A stretch of 64,000 nucleotides of DNA from Candidatus Wolfebacteria bacterium (GTDB lineage: Bacteria; Patescibacteriota; Minisyncoccia; UBA6257; UBA9933). The stretch spans positions 421 through 64,420 of the forward strand of contig JANLIR010000007.1 in assembly GCA_024654025.1 (NCBI GenBank), written 5' to 3'. Positions 47,609 through 58,691 of this stretch are shown here, in pieces. The notes under the pieces are model-generated. The model saw only the letters and a program-made list of their open reading frames with translations, was not told where the DNA came from and did no database searches. Both the position numbers and the translations under genes were made by a program. Within the stretch, counting starts at the first letter, position 1. Each line of letters opens with the position of its first letter.

Positions 47609-48526
47609 ATGAATAAATATCAAAACGCATACATAATTTTTTTATCAAAATTTATCAAGCCCCGGCGCCGGTTAAAAGTTATTGTCGATTGCTCTAACGG
47701 CGCGGCTGGATCGATTGTTTATAAAATATTTAAAAACAGCAAGATTTTAAATTTTAAAATTATCAATTCCGTAGCGGATGGAAATTTTCCCGCTCACGGA
47801 CCAGACCCTTTAAGAGGAAATGCTTTTAAAAAAGCTTCTTCTTTCGTGTTAGAACAAAAGGCCGATGTTGGCATTGTTTTTGACGCTGACGGCGACAGGG
47901 CTTTTTTTATTGATAATCGTGGAAGAAAAATAAATCCAGATGTTATAGCTAAGCTTTTCGTTTGGCATTTAAAACCGAAAAAAATTGTTGTAGACGCCAG
48001 AACCGGATGGCTTGTTACTAAGTCACAAGCCACAAGTTACAAACCACAAGTTATTAATTCAAAAGTCGGCAGATATTTCGTTGAGCAGCTGATGAAAAAA
48101 AATAAGGCTGACTTTGGGGCTGAACACTCCGGACATTATTATTTCAAGACATTCTATTATTTTGATTCTGGAATTTTTTCAGCGATTCAAGCTATTAATG
48201 CTGTTTCGAAATTGCCCTATTCGCTCGCTGATTTTGCCGATTTATTGCCTCAGTATTATTCAAAGGATGTTAATTTTAGGTTAAATTCTAAGCGTGACTA
48301 CTCCGCGACCATAGGAAAAATAGAAAATAGATACAAGAAATTCGCCGTAAAAACTTCTCGGCTTGATGGGCTGAAAATGGAAATAAAAAAGCCTTCCGGC
48401 AGGTTTTGGTTCAATATTCATTTTTCCAATACCGAGCCGGTGATAAGGTTGACAATCGAGGCCCAATCGTCGAAGATACTGGCGGTAGAGGCTAGAAATT
48501 TAGCTGATTTACTAACGAAAGCATGA
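47609..48526 (+). CDS. phosphohexomutase (PGM/PMM) fragment lacking N-terminal catalytic domain I
   Basis: domain II 'GIVFDADGDR', domain III 'GAEHSGHYYF', domain IV present; no 'TASHNP' phosphoserine loop; ORF begins 6 nt after mreB. Confidence 0.5.
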   Translation: MNKYQNAYIIFLSKFIKPRRRLKVIVDCSNGAAGSIVYKIFKNSKILNFKIINSVADGNFPAHGPDPLRGNAFKKASSFVLEQKADVGIVFDADGDRAFFIDNRGRKINPDVIAKLFVWHLKPKKIVVDARTGWLVTKSQATSYKPQVINSKVGRYFVEQLMKKNKADFGAEHSGHYYFKTFYYFDSGIFSAIQAINAVSKLPYSLADFADLLPQYYSKDVNFRLNSKRDYSATIGKIENRYKKFAVKTSRLDGLKMEIKKPSGRFWFNIHFSNTEPVIRLTIEAQSSKILAVEARNLADLLTKA

Positions 48527-49005
48527 AAAACGACGACCTTTTTAATGATTCAAATGGGAAAAAGATAAGTTCTCGCGAAGTAGTTGAAGAAGTGATTAGT
48601 TTTATGAAGGAAGATCAGAAGCGCCACTACAAGGTGATGATCGGAACGGATTCTCAGCAAACCAGCAACGACAGCGATTTTGTGACCGCGATTGTGGTTC
48701 ATAGAGTAGGCAACGGAGGAAGGTACTTTTGGAGACGGTCCGAGAACGGTAAATTTTACACTTTAAGGGATAGAATTATTACCGAAGTTCTTTTGTCTAT
48801 TGAAGTAGCAAAAGAAGTTTTAATGTTTTTGAAATCAGCTACAACTCTTCCGTTTAATTTTGAAATCCACGCCGACGTCGGCAATAACGGCAAGACCAAA
48901 ACAATGATTTCCGAAGTGGTCGGCATGATAAAAGCAAATGATTTTGAAGCAAAAACAAAACCCGAAAGCTACGCCGCCAGCAAAGTGGCCGACAGACACA
49001 CGTAA
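48523..49005 (+). CDS. YkuK/DUF458-like RNase-H-fold protein
   Basis: 'MIGTDSQQ...DFVTAIVVHRVGNGG...FEIHADVGNNGKT' pattern. Confidence 0.4.
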   Translation: MKNDDLFNDSNGKKISSREVVEEVISFMKEDQKRHYKVMIGTDSQQTSNDSDFVTAIVVHRVGNGGRYFWRRSENGKFYTLRDRIITEVLLSIEVAKEVLMFLKSATTLPFNFEIHADVGNNGKTKTMISEVVGMIKANDFEAKTKPESYAASKVADRHT

Positions 49006-49025
49006 ATTATTTAATTAGTTACGCA

Positions 49026-49577
49026 ATGACCAATTCCATTGTTCTCGATATAGAGACAAAAAATACTTTTTTCGACGTTGGAAGAGATAATTTTGACGCT
49101 CTAGACGTTTCCTTAATCGGCGTTTATTCATACAACAAGAATGAATTTATCGCTTACGAAGAACATCAAATAGAGGATTTTATCGATTCCCTAAAAGGCG
49201 TTGGCTTAATAATCGGGTTTAGCATAAATCGGTTTGATATCCCTGTGTTGAAAAAACATTCCAAAGAAATGAATTTATTTTCAATTCCGAGGCTGGACCT
49301 GCTTGACGAAATAGAATTTAAAACCGGCAAACGCGTTAGTTTGAATAATCTTTCAAAAACAAATTTAGGCCTTGAGAAAACTCATCACGGCCTGGAAGCG
49401 CCCAATCTTTACCGGGACGGCAATATTGAAGAATTAAAAAATTATTGCTTGAATGACGTAAAAATAACAAAAGAACTTTACGAGCTCGCAAAGCGTCAGG
49501 GGTATCTTCTGGTGCCGAAAAAGGGGAGCGATGAATTAGAAAAAGTAGAACTTTTATTAAATAGATTACCGATTTAA
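49026..49577 (+). CDS. putative DEDD-type 3'-5' exonuclease (RNase H-like fold)
   Basis: 'VLDIETKNTFFDVG' Exo I-like motif, 'YCLNDVKITKELYE' Exo III-like YxxxD. Confidence 0.45.
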   Translation: MTNSIVLDIETKNTFFDVGRDNFDALDVSLIGVYSYNKNEFIAYEEHQIEDFIDSLKGVGLIIGFSINRFDIPVLKKHSKEMNLFSIPRLDLLDEIEFKTGKRVSLNNLSKTNLGLEKTHHGLEAPNLYRDGNIEELKNYCLNDVKITKELYELAKRQGYLLVPKKGSDELEKVELLLNRLPI

Positions 49578-49621
49578 TTTTATAATTTGCGGAAGCGGGA
49601 GGCCACAGCATCATAACAAGT

Positions 49622-49637
49622 AATGGTGCTGGGTAAA
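49622..49637 (-). repeat. solo copy of the GIY-YIG cassette terminal repeat next to tRNA-Ser
   Basis: minus strand reads ATTTTACCCAGCACCATT; 13/13 match to TTTACCCAGCACC at 41250-41262. Confidence 0.35.
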
Positions 49638-49653
49638 ATTCTCACTATTTTTG

Positions 49654-49742
49654 CGGTGGGGGTGAGATTTGAACTCACGATGCCCTTGCGAGCATACCAC
49701 ATTTCGAGTGTGGCGCCTTAAACCGGACTCAGCCACCCCACC
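49654..49742 (-). tRNA. tRNA-Ser (anticodon CGA)
   Basis: revcomp: GGTGGGGTGGCTGAGTCCGG...CCACACTCGAAATGTGG (anticodon CGA) long variable arm, T-loop GAGTTCAAATCTCAC, acceptor CCCCACC. Confidence 0.75.
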
Positions 49743-49756
49743 ACTATCTTTGTATG

Positions 49757-49828
49757 TGCCCTCGCGAGGAATCGGACCTCGATCCGCACGTTAGGAGTGT
49801 GCTATTCTATCCGTTGAACTACGAGGGC
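49757..49828 (-). tRNA. tRNA-Arg (anticodon CCU)
   Basis: revcomp: GCCCTCGTAGTTCAACGGATAGAA...CACACTCCTAACGTG (anticodon CCT), T-arm CGAGGTCCGATTCCTCG, acceptor CGAGGGC-A. Confidence 0.65.
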
Positions 49829-49839
49829 AATGAAAATAG

Positions 49840-49889
49840 ATTATATTTTTTATCAAAAACTTGCAAGGCATTAAAAGTTTCGTTATTAT
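49840..49889. promoter_or_regulatory. back-to-back divergent tRNA promoters sharing a palindromic -35 (CTTGCAAG)
   Basis: plus: TTGCAA-17-TATTAT toward tRNA-Ala(GGC); minus: TTGCAA-15-TATAAT toward tRNA-Arg/tRNA-Ser. Confidence 0.5.
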
Positions 49890-49944
49890 AAAATCGCTCC
49901 AGCGTTAATAGTCACAAGTTAAAAGTTATTAGTTATTTAATAAT

Positions 49945-50018
49945 GGGCCGTTAGCTCATTTGGCTAGAGCGCTACTATGGCATAGTAGAGGCGACCGGTT
50001 CGAATCCGGTACGGTCCA
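49945..50018 (+). tRNA. tRNA-Ala (anticodon GGC)
   Basis: acceptor GGGCCGT/ACGGTCC with G3·U70, anticodon stem CTACT/AGTAG loop aTGGCat, T-loop GGTTCGAATCC. Confidence 0.75.
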
Positions 50019-50033
50019 CGAGTAAAGCTTAAT

Positions 50034-50065
50034 AAAATCTCCCGATACCGGGAGATTTTATTTTA
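50034..50065. terminator. bidirectional terminator (tRNA-Ala + / response regulator -)
   Basis: TCTCCCGataCCGGGAGA with T-runs on both strands. Confidence 0.65.
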
Positions 50066-50444
50066 CAAACGTTTTGACTTTTGATACGAGATCATCGATT
50101 GAGGTTTTTGCCTTCACGAAATATTCTATTGCTCCAAGTTGTTTGCTTTTTTGAATATCCTCGGGCTGGCTTAAGTTGGAAATAATAATAACCGGAATGT
50201 CTATTTTATCGCTTAATTCCGGATCGGATTTTATGTCTTCCATAATTTCAAATCCGGACTTTTTAGGCAGAATAATATCCAAAAGGATAAGATTCGGCGT
50301 TGAAGATTTTAAAAATTTAATCGCTTCTTCGCCGTCTTTTGCCACCAGCACTTCAAAATTCTCCTTTTGGAGACGATTTTTTAAAAGCGAAGATAAAAAC
50401 GGTTCGTCTTCAATGAGTAATATTTTTTTCGGTTTTCCTGCCAT
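50058..50444 (-). CDS. single-domain response regulator (CheY-like receiver)
   Basis: 'ILLIEDEPF', 'ILLDIILPKKSG', 'PVIIISN', conserved K in 'YFVKA'. Confidence 0.85.
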   Translation of the reverse strand: MAGKPKKILLIEDEPFLSSLLKNRLQKENFEVLVAKDGEEAIKFLKSSTPNLILLDIILPKKSGFEIMEDIKSDPELSDKIDIPVIIISNLSQPEDIQKSKQLGAIEYFVKAKTSIDDLVSKVKTFVK

Positions 50445-50461
50445 ATGTTAATTAATTTATC

Positions 50462-50502
50462 AGATAAATCAAAATCCCGCCAGTCCAGAGACTGGCGGGA
50501 TT
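50462..50502 (-). terminator. strong hairpin terminator immediately downstream of the 16S rRNA gene
   Basis: 13-bp stem AATCCCGCCAGTC/GACTGGCGGGATT followed (minus strand) by TTTTGATTTAT. Confidence 0.6.
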
Positions 50503-50619
50503 GTTGGAAATTTTTTGGTTGCCCCAATACTCTCGCTTTAGGCGAGAGAGTCGAGACATAAGGCTCCTCGACTAACACCTGTGTCCGCAAAGCGGACATC
50601 GATCAATTTTCGAATTTAA

Positions 50620-52150
<1,531 letters not shown>

Positions 52151-52382
52151 ATGCTAAAGCTCAAGCTTATATAGCGAAGAAAATCTAACAACCAGTACTG
52201 ATTATTAGAAATCCTTCGCCAGCTTGAAGTTCAGCATTTTTGTCCTTCGACAAACTCAGGACAATCCTGAGTAGCATCGAAGGATTGGGACAACCAAAAA
52301 AGTTCCAACTTTTTTTGGTTTTAATAAGCATCGATTGTTAAAGTCCTTTCCATGTTCAGCTCATTTTTTTCAGAGCCTACTT

Positions 52383-52409
52383 ATTTTACTTGACGGAAAG
52401 GGATTGTCA
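52383..52409 (-). promoter_or_regulatory. putative rRNA promoter
   Basis: minus strand GTTGACA-16-TAAAAT ~225 nt upstream of the 16S 5' end; the -35 is contiguous with the MITE copy 3 terminus. Confidence 0.45.
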
Positions 52410-52546
52410 ACCCCGCACCTTTAAAAGATATTAACGCCTCGCCGCTTTATTTAGTATCGATATTTATTTAAAATATGGGTTTTTACTAATGCCGATTTTT
52501 ACTAAAAGGCGTTTTTTAAAAAGCGCAATCTTTTAAAGGTGCGGGG
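52410..52546. mobile_element. MITE-like palindromic element, family 1, copy 3
   Basis: CCCCGCACCTTTAAAAGAT ... ATCTTTTAAAGGTGCGGGG, flanked by TCAA/TCAA; interior ~85% identical to copy 2. Confidence 0.65.
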
Positions 52547-52726
52547 TCAACCCTTTTCGATTAAATGTGGATAAGTCTATTTGAGTTCTTGCGGCCTATG
52601 CTATAATAAAAACAATATCGAAACCGCAGTATTTTGTTTCGATTTTAAATAATTTGAAAAGGTCGAGATGAAAATCTACAAGTCGATTAATTTTTTACAG
52701 AAATAAAAAAGGAATAAAAATAATTC

Positions 52727-53302
52727 ATGAAAAAAGGATTTACATTGCTTGAGCTTTTAATTGTTATTGGTATTATCGCTATTTTAGCGTCAGTTGTCGC
52801 TTTGGTGTTAAACCCGGCTGAACTTTTGAGGCAAGCCAGAGACGGCCAGAGAATTTCCGATTTCGATACATTAAGGACCGCGATTAATTATCACTTGTCA
52901 ACCGGAACCAGTCCCGACACCAATCTTGGAGGCACTGGCTTGGCATACAGAAGAAGTCTTGCTGCCGCGAATTGTCCTTTTGCTTCTTCTTCCGCGTGTA
53001 CGGCAATTACAACCACTGCGTCAACTACCATTGATGGAACTGGGTGGGTTAACGTGAACTTTAATGATGTTGGAGGCGGCACGTCTCCTTTGACAATTCT
53101 TCCAATAGACCCGACTAACACTTTAACCTATTACTATACTTACGCTGGGGACGATTCACCTAACCTGTTTGAGCTTAATAGCAGATTGGAAAGCACCAAA
53201 TACAGGATTAAAATGACGCAAGACGGAGGAAATCAAAATGGCTGTTCTACTTATACCGAACCCACCTGTTACTACGAAGTCGGTACTTCAGTGACTCTCT
53301 AA
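52727..53302 (+). CDS. type IV pilin
   Basis: 'KKGFTLLELLIVIGIIAILASVV' class III signal peptide, 191 aa. Confidence 0.8.
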   Translation: MKKGFTLLELLIVIGIIAILASVVALVLNPAELLRQARDGQRISDFDTLRTAINYHLSTGTSPDTNLGGTGLAYRRSLAAANCPFASSSACTAITTTASTTIDGTGWVNVNFNDVGGGTSPLTILPIDPTNTLTYYYTYAGDDSPNLFELNSRLESTKYRIKMTQDGGNQNGCSTYTEPTCYYEVGTSVTL

Positions 53303-53320
53303 TCGGAAGGATATTTAGTA

Positions 53321-53929
53321 ATGGTTTTTTATCTTTCGCTTACAATTTTGATTTTAGCTTTAGGAGCGCAGCTAACCCTGCGCTCCTTTGGTAATAGATC
53401 AACAAACAACAAATCTGTACGAATATACGAATGGATTTTCTATGGCGCAATCATTTTAATTTTCGCTAATTCTTTTTATTTGTCATATTCGCAGTATAAG
53501 ATTTGGAAATACGGACCTCTTTCGGAATTTACAAAATTTTTTCTGCCACCGCATCAAAGTATAAATTATTTTATTGGTTATTCTCTATTTAATTTTTTTG
53601 CAACCTATCTGGTCTCATTAGTATTTGCATTTCTTTTTTTAAAAGCCGTTAAATATTACAATAAGAAATTTGAAGAAAAGTTTTTTTATCCTGAGGAGTA
53701 TTATTTAGGCGCGCTGGCGATTTTTTTATCAGGCTTTCCGGGGATTTTTATTTATATTATTTTTCTTTTCCTCGCCTCTGCTCTCGGCTCGCTAATATTG
53801 AATAAATTTTCCACTCTAAAAGGCGAGCGAGTATCATTTTATTATTTGTGGATACCAGTTGCGATTTTTGTTATAATAATAAGTAGGTATCTCCAGCAAT
53901 TGCCAATATGGCAATTGCTCAAACTCTAA
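53321..53929 (+). CDS. polytopic membrane protein of unknown function (not an A24 prepilin peptidase by motif)
   Basis: 6-7 TM helices; the A24 motifs (catalytic Asp pair, GxGDxK) are absent. Confidence 0.4.
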   Translation: MVFYLSLTILILALGAQLTLRSFGNRSTNNKSVRIYEWIFYGAIILIFANSFYLSYSQYKIWKYGPLSEFTKFFLPPHQSINYFIGYSLFNFFATYLVSLVFAFLFLKAVKYYNKKFEEKFFYPEEYYLGALAIFLSGFPGIFIYIIFLFLASALGSLILNKFSTLKGERVSFYYLWIPVAIFVIIISRYLQQLPIWQLLKL

Positions 53930-53987
53930 TTTATAAACAATAAATATCTATAAATATCGCGAAGCAAGTATCAATGAATATATTTTA

Positions 53988-55700
53988 ATGTTAACAATTC
54001 CTTCTCAAAAACTGAAAGATTTTTTGGTAAAAGACGGTTTAATAACCTCGGATAATTTTGATGTAATAGAAAAAGAAGCCAGCCGGCTTAATCAAAACTT
54101 GTCCGAAGTTCTTGTTTCTAGAGGCGTTCTTACAACAGAATATCTTTATTCGCTCCTTAGCAATTATTTGGGCGTTGAACCGGTTAATTTAAGCGCTAAT
54201 CCTATAGACGAAAATGTTTTAATGAAAATTAGCGAAAAGCTCGCTCGTCAAAAAAAAGTCGTGCTTTTTAAAGAAGAGGCCGGGGGCGTTTATGACGCCG
54301 CTATGGAAGATCCTAGTGATTTGAAAACCATAGATTTTTTAGAAAATTCTTTAAACGTAAAAATAAAACCCTTTTTGGCAAGGCCGGCGGATCTGGAAAG
54401 GGGATTTGCCATTTATAACCGCCAGTCATCCGCGGACTTTCAAAAAATAATCGAGGAAAATATCAAAACCTCGCTTTCTATCAAAGAGGACAAAATTGAA
54501 AAGATTGCCCGGGAAATGCCCATTGTGGCGATTGTTGAAAATTTTATTGCTTACGCGTCCGCGACTCGAGCTTCGGATATTCACATTGAAGCGCTGGAGG
54601 ATATGGTTTTGGTTAGATTTCGGATAGACGGCGTTCTTCATGAAATCGCTAAAATTCCCAAAGATGTCCACCCGGCGATTTTGGCGAGAGTTAAACTTTT
54701 GGCGGCGCTTAAACTTGACGAACATTATAAACCGCAAGACGGCAGATTTCGTTATCAGTTATCGGAAGCGGTTTTAGATATGCGCGTTTCGATTATCCCG
54801 ACTTTCTACGGCGAAAAAATTGTTTTGCGTTTACTTCCGGCCGCGCAGAAACCGCTTGCTTTGGAAGAAGTTGGCATGCTTGAAGATACCGTAAAAGTTG
54901 TTAAAGAAAATATTGTTAAAACTTACGGAATGATTTTGGTTTGCGGTCCTACCGGTTCAGGGAAAACGACAACCATTTATTCGATTTTAAATATGCTAAA
55001 TAAGCCCGAAGTCAACATTGTTACAATTGAAGACCCGATAGAATACTCGGTTAAATATATTAACCAAACACAAGTAAATGTTTTAGCCGGAGTGACATTT
55101 GCCAATGGGTTAAGATCGATATTAAGACAGGATCCTAATATTATCGGTGTAGGCGAAATCCGCGATGAAGAAACAGCTGAAATCGCGGTTCACGCCGCTT
55201 TGACCGGACATTTAGTGCTTTCAAGTCTGCATACTAACGACGCGCCAACGACAATTCCGCGTTTAATTGATATGAAGATCCCGCCGTTTTTGGTCGCGGC
55301 GGTTTTAAATTTAATAATCGCCCAAAGATTGGTTCGGAAAATTTGCTCAAACTGTATGGAATCTTATTCTACCCCGCCCGATCTTTTAAAAAATCTTGAA
55401 AAATTAAAATCCGAATCCAATTTATCAGCCGAATATCAAATACCTAAAACGTTATTTAAGGGAAAGGGTTGTAATGTTTGCGCCAATACCGGCTATCGGG
55501 GAAGAATGGGTATTTATGAAGTTATGCAAATAGACAACGAAGTCAGGGCGGAGATGGCAAAAACCGATTTTTCTTTGACGAATTTAACTAATCTAGTTCG
55601 TAAAAAAGGTATGATAACAATGTTTGAGGACGGTTTGCGTAAAGCCGCGCTGGGATTGACTTCGGTCGAGGAGGTAATGAGGGTTATAAGAGAGGAATAA
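53988..55700 (+). CDS. pilB: type IV pilus assembly ATPase PilB/GspE (full length with N-terminal domain)
   Basis: Walker A GPTGSGKTTT, 'TGHLVLSSLHTNDA', tetra-Cys CSNC...CNVC; paralog of 28185-29402. Confidence 0.9.
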   Translation: MLTIPSQKLKDFLVKDGLITSDNFDVIEKEASRLNQNLSEVLVSRGVLTTEYLYSLLSNYLGVEPVNLSANPIDENVLMKISEKLARQKKVVLFKEEAGGVYDAAMEDPSDLKTIDFLENSLNVKIKPFLARPADLERGFAIYNRQSSADFQKIIEENIKTSLSIKEDKIEKIAREMPIVAIVENFIAYASATRASDIHIEALEDMVLVRFRIDGVLHEIAKIPKDVHPAILARVKLLAALKLDEHYKPQDGRFRYQLSEAVLDMRVSIIPTFYGEKIVLRLLPAAQKPLALEEVGMLEDTVKVVKENIVKTYGMILVCGPTGSGKTTTIYSILNMLNKPEVNIVTIEDPIEYSVKYINQTQVNVLAGVTFANGLRSILRQDPNIIGVGEIRDEETAEIAVHAALTGHLVLSSLHTNDAPTTIPRLIDMKIPPFLVAAVLNLIIAQRLVRKICSNCMESYSTPPDLLKNLEKLKSESNLSAEYQIPKTLFKGKGCNVCANTGYRGRMGIYEVMQIDNEVRAEMAKTDFSLTNLTNLVRKKGMITMFEDGLRKAALGLTSVEEVMRVIREE

Positions 55701-55704
55701 ATAT

Positions 55705-56913
55705 ATGAAATTTTCTTATATAGCCGCGCAACAAAACGGAAAAGTTATTGAGGGAGAAATTGAAGCTGTTTCAACCGCCGAAGTTTTAGCGTCTTTGGCA
55801 GCCCAGGGCTTAAAGCCAATTTCGCTTAAGAAACAAAGCATCGCCACCGCCTCAAAAAAACGTTTATTCGGAGGTTCTATAAATGTCGCCGATAAAATAT
55901 TTATTACAAAATATTTATCGTTGATGTTGAAAATCGGAACCGATCTTTTTAAGGCTATTGATATTTTAATCAATGATTTTGACAAGCCAGCGGTTCGCGA
56001 CCTACTTTTTGAAATAAAAAGCAATCTTGAAAAAGGCCAGCCTTTTTATCTTGCTTTTGCCAAATATCCAAAACAATTTTCACAAGTTTTTATTAACTTG
56101 ATAAGAGCCGGGGAGATTTCGGGAAATTTAGATAAATCGCTTGAAGGATTAAGCGATAATCTTCAGCGTGAACAGGAACTGCGCTCTCAAATTCAGGCGG
56201 CTGTAATTTACCCGATAATACTTATAATCGTTGCCACGCTGGTTATTTTCTTTTTGGTTGGATTCGCGCTGCCGAGAATAGGAAAAATTTTTACCTCCGG
56301 CGATATTGATCCGCCTCTTTTTTCAAAAATTGTTTTTGCCGTTTCCGCTTTTGTTAATCAATATTTTGTTTTTTTCTTGGTATTTATTGTCGGCTCAATT
56401 GTGACGTTCTGGGTGCTTTTTAAGAAAAACCTATTTTTCAGAAGACTTATATACCGAGCTGGCAAAAGACTTCCTCTTATAGGAAAAGTTTTAAAAATCT
56501 TGGCGGTTCAGCGTTTTTGCGCTGTTTTCTCTTCCCTCCTCACGTCAGGGCTTCCTATTATAGAGGCCTTGGAAACCACGGCTAATGCAGTGGGCGATGA
56601 AGAAATGAAAGAAAGTATTTTAAGAGTTGCCAATGAGGGAATTGCCAAAGGCCTGACCGTGGGAGAAGCGTTTAGAAAAGAAGTTATATTCCCAAAAACC
56701 GTGGTAAATCTTATTGCCATATCGGAAAAAAGCGGCCACATTGAAAGTATTTTGCTTACTTTAGCTACTTTCTACGAATCAGAAGTAAAAACTTCGATAA
56801 AAACACTCGTGTCGTTTCTTGAACCCATTCTTTTGTTAGGCATCGGATTAATCGTCGGCGTTATCGCTTTATCGGTAATGGTGCCGGTGTATCAATTGGT
56901 GGGGAAGATATAA
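55705..56913 (+). CDS. pilC: type IV pilus platform protein PilC (T2SS F)
   Basis: two T2SSF repeats; paralog of 27120-28181. Confidence 0.85.
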   Translation: MKFSYIAAQQNGKVIEGEIEAVSTAEVLASLAAQGLKPISLKKQSIATASKKRLFGGSINVADKIFITKYLSLMLKIGTDLFKAIDILINDFDKPAVRDLLFEIKSNLEKGQPFYLAFAKYPKQFSQVFINLIRAGEISGNLDKSLEGLSDNLQREQELRSQIQAAVIYPIILIIVATLVIFFLVGFALPRIGKIFTSGDIDPPLFSKIVFAVSAFVNQYFVFFLVFIVGSIVTFWVLFKKNLFFRRLIYRAGKRLPLIGKVLKILAVQRFCAVFSSLLTSGLPIIEALETTANAVGDEEMKESILRVANEGIAKGLTVGEAFRKEVIFPKTVVNLIAISEKSGHIESILLTLATFYESEVKTSIKTLVSFLEPILLLGIGLIVGVIALSVMVPVYQLVGKI

Positions 56914-57098
56914 TTATGCTAAGAAAAATATCGGAGGATCGACGCGCCCTTTTGGAGCTTCTTATATGGAACAAGAAATTTTAAAAGATTGGCAGAAAAA
57001 GGCCATAGAATTTATAGCTTCGGCCAAAGAAGTTGAATAATTTTTTGTAAATTTAAACCCGCTAAACTCGCCAACGCGCCAAATAAATAATAAATTTA

Positions 57099-58691
57099 AT
57101 GCCGCAAATTTATAAAAAATTAAAAGGATTCACTTTGGTTGAAATAATTATCGCTGTTTTTATACTGGCTTTTTTGACGATTCTTGTTGTGGTTCTTTTG
57201 GATCCAGCGGATTTTTTCCCGGGCGCAAGAGACACGCGTAGGATTTCAGATTTGCAGGCGATTGATTCGGCTTTAAGTATATATAAAACAGAGGTAGGCG
57301 CGTTTTTTAAATCGTCTTCTGTTGCGACTGATCCGTCAAACGCCGTTATTGGTTTAGTGCGTCAGGACTGTACGGGCTATTCAAATTGTTTTACTTCTTT
57401 ATTTGCTTGGCAGGCGGCGTTTGGCGGGATAAATTTTGGCGCTTGCGCTCAAGGCGATTTAGTTTGCGCTAATAAATCTGCGGTGGCGAAAATTGACGGA
57501 ACTTGGACAAATCCAGATACAAGCCGTTTAAATATTGACGGATGGACAACGAGTCCTTCTAACTATATAAGAATTTATACTGCGCAAGCGGCGCGGCATA
57601 ATGGAAAGTGGAACACTAATAAATACCGACTTGAGGTCAGCGGGCAAAATCCAATCGGAATTAACGAAGATTATGTGCGTATTGAAGGATTACAAATAAG
57701 AATGCCCTCTCCAGATTATCAAGCAATTACAAACGGGTATAGCGGCGCGGATATTAGAATAAATAATAATATAATTCGCGGCGCGGGCGGTGTTTCTAAT
57801 TCAACCTTCGGGCTTTATCTTGATGGCAATATTAATACCGAAATAAAAATATGGAATAACATAATTTATGATTTGGGCAGCGGTACTTCTCTGTGCGTTT
57901 TTTCCTTTGCTAACCAAACCACCTACGCGTATAATAATACTTGTGTTGGAGCCGGGTTTGGTTTTTACCGAAATACGACTGGTTCCGGTAAGATGTCCGC
58001 TATAAATAATATTGCCCAAAACACAACCGACGGATTTAACGGAGTTGATTCTTCTTCTGATTATAATATTTCCGATCTTTCAAATGATGCTCAGGGGACA
58101 CATTCCAAGAATTCCACCACGGTGTTGTTTGTTTCTACTTCAACCCCCGATTATCACTTGTCTTTAAATGACTTAAACGCTAAGGGAGCCGGGATGAAAG
58201 GATGTTCTTCCTCGTCAATTATGACCTTTCAAGACGATATTGATGGGCAACCAAGAGGCGGCAGCTGGGACATTGGGGCTGACCAAGCTGTCCCTGATTA
58301 CAAAACGGTTTTTACCTCTCTTCCTGATAATAATTCTGCTTGTTGCGCCAGCTATTCTTTGCCTTCTCTTCCTTCGGATTGGACGTACGGCTGCGTTGTT
58401 TCTACGGGTCTTCAACAGGTAAATAGCGGAGGATGGATCCCCTTGGATTTTACTAACATTGCGGCAAACGCCATGTCTTTTCTGTCTATTGACCCGGGTA
58501 ATTCTACTTCAAGCGGGCAATATTACACTTTTGTTTCTGACGGAAAAAAATGGGAATTAACTTCCATATTAGAATCCGATAAAAATAAGGGCGTGGATAA
58601 GATAGGCGGTAAAGACGGCGGACAGTATGCTAATATATTAGAAATAGGGTCTAATTTAACCTTAACGCCCTCAAATGTTAAAAATAGATAA
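57099..58691 (+). CDS. large pilin-like protein with parallel beta-helix repeats
   Basis: 'KGFTLVEIIIAVFILAFL' prepilin motif; repeated N-x-I-x-G/N beta-helix rungs. Confidence 0.55.
   Translation: MPQIYKKLKGFTLVEIIIAVFILAFLTILVVVLLDPADFFPGARDTRRISDLQAIDSALSIYKTEVGAFFKSSSVATDPSNAVIGLVRQDCTGYSNCFTSLFAWQAAFGGINFGACAQGDLVCANKSAVAKIDGTWTNPDTSRLNIDGWTTSPSNYIRIYTAQAARHNGKWNTNKYRLEVSGQNPIGINEDYVRIEGLQIRMPSPDYQAITNGYSGADIRINNNIIRGAGGVSNSTFGLYLDGNINTEIKIWNNIIYDLGSGTSLCVFSFANQTTYAYNNTCVGAGFGFYRNTTGSGKMSAINNIAQNTTDGFNGVDSSSDYNISDLSNDAQGTHSKNSTTVLFVSTSTPDYHLSLNDLNAKGAGMKGCSSSSIMTFQDDIDGQPRGGSWDIGADQAVPDYKTVFTSLPDNNSACCASYSLPSLPSDWTYGCVVSTGLQQVNSGGWIPLDFTNIAANAMSFLSIDPGNSTSSGQYYTFVSDGKKWELTSILESDKNKGVDKIGGKDGGQYANILEIGSNLTLTPSNVKNR

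Noticed and set aside
53321-53929. Prepilin peptidase (PilD) assignment for the membrane protein next to the pilin gene
   Set aside because: It lacks both catalytic Asp motifs and the GxGDxK signature of the A24 family.
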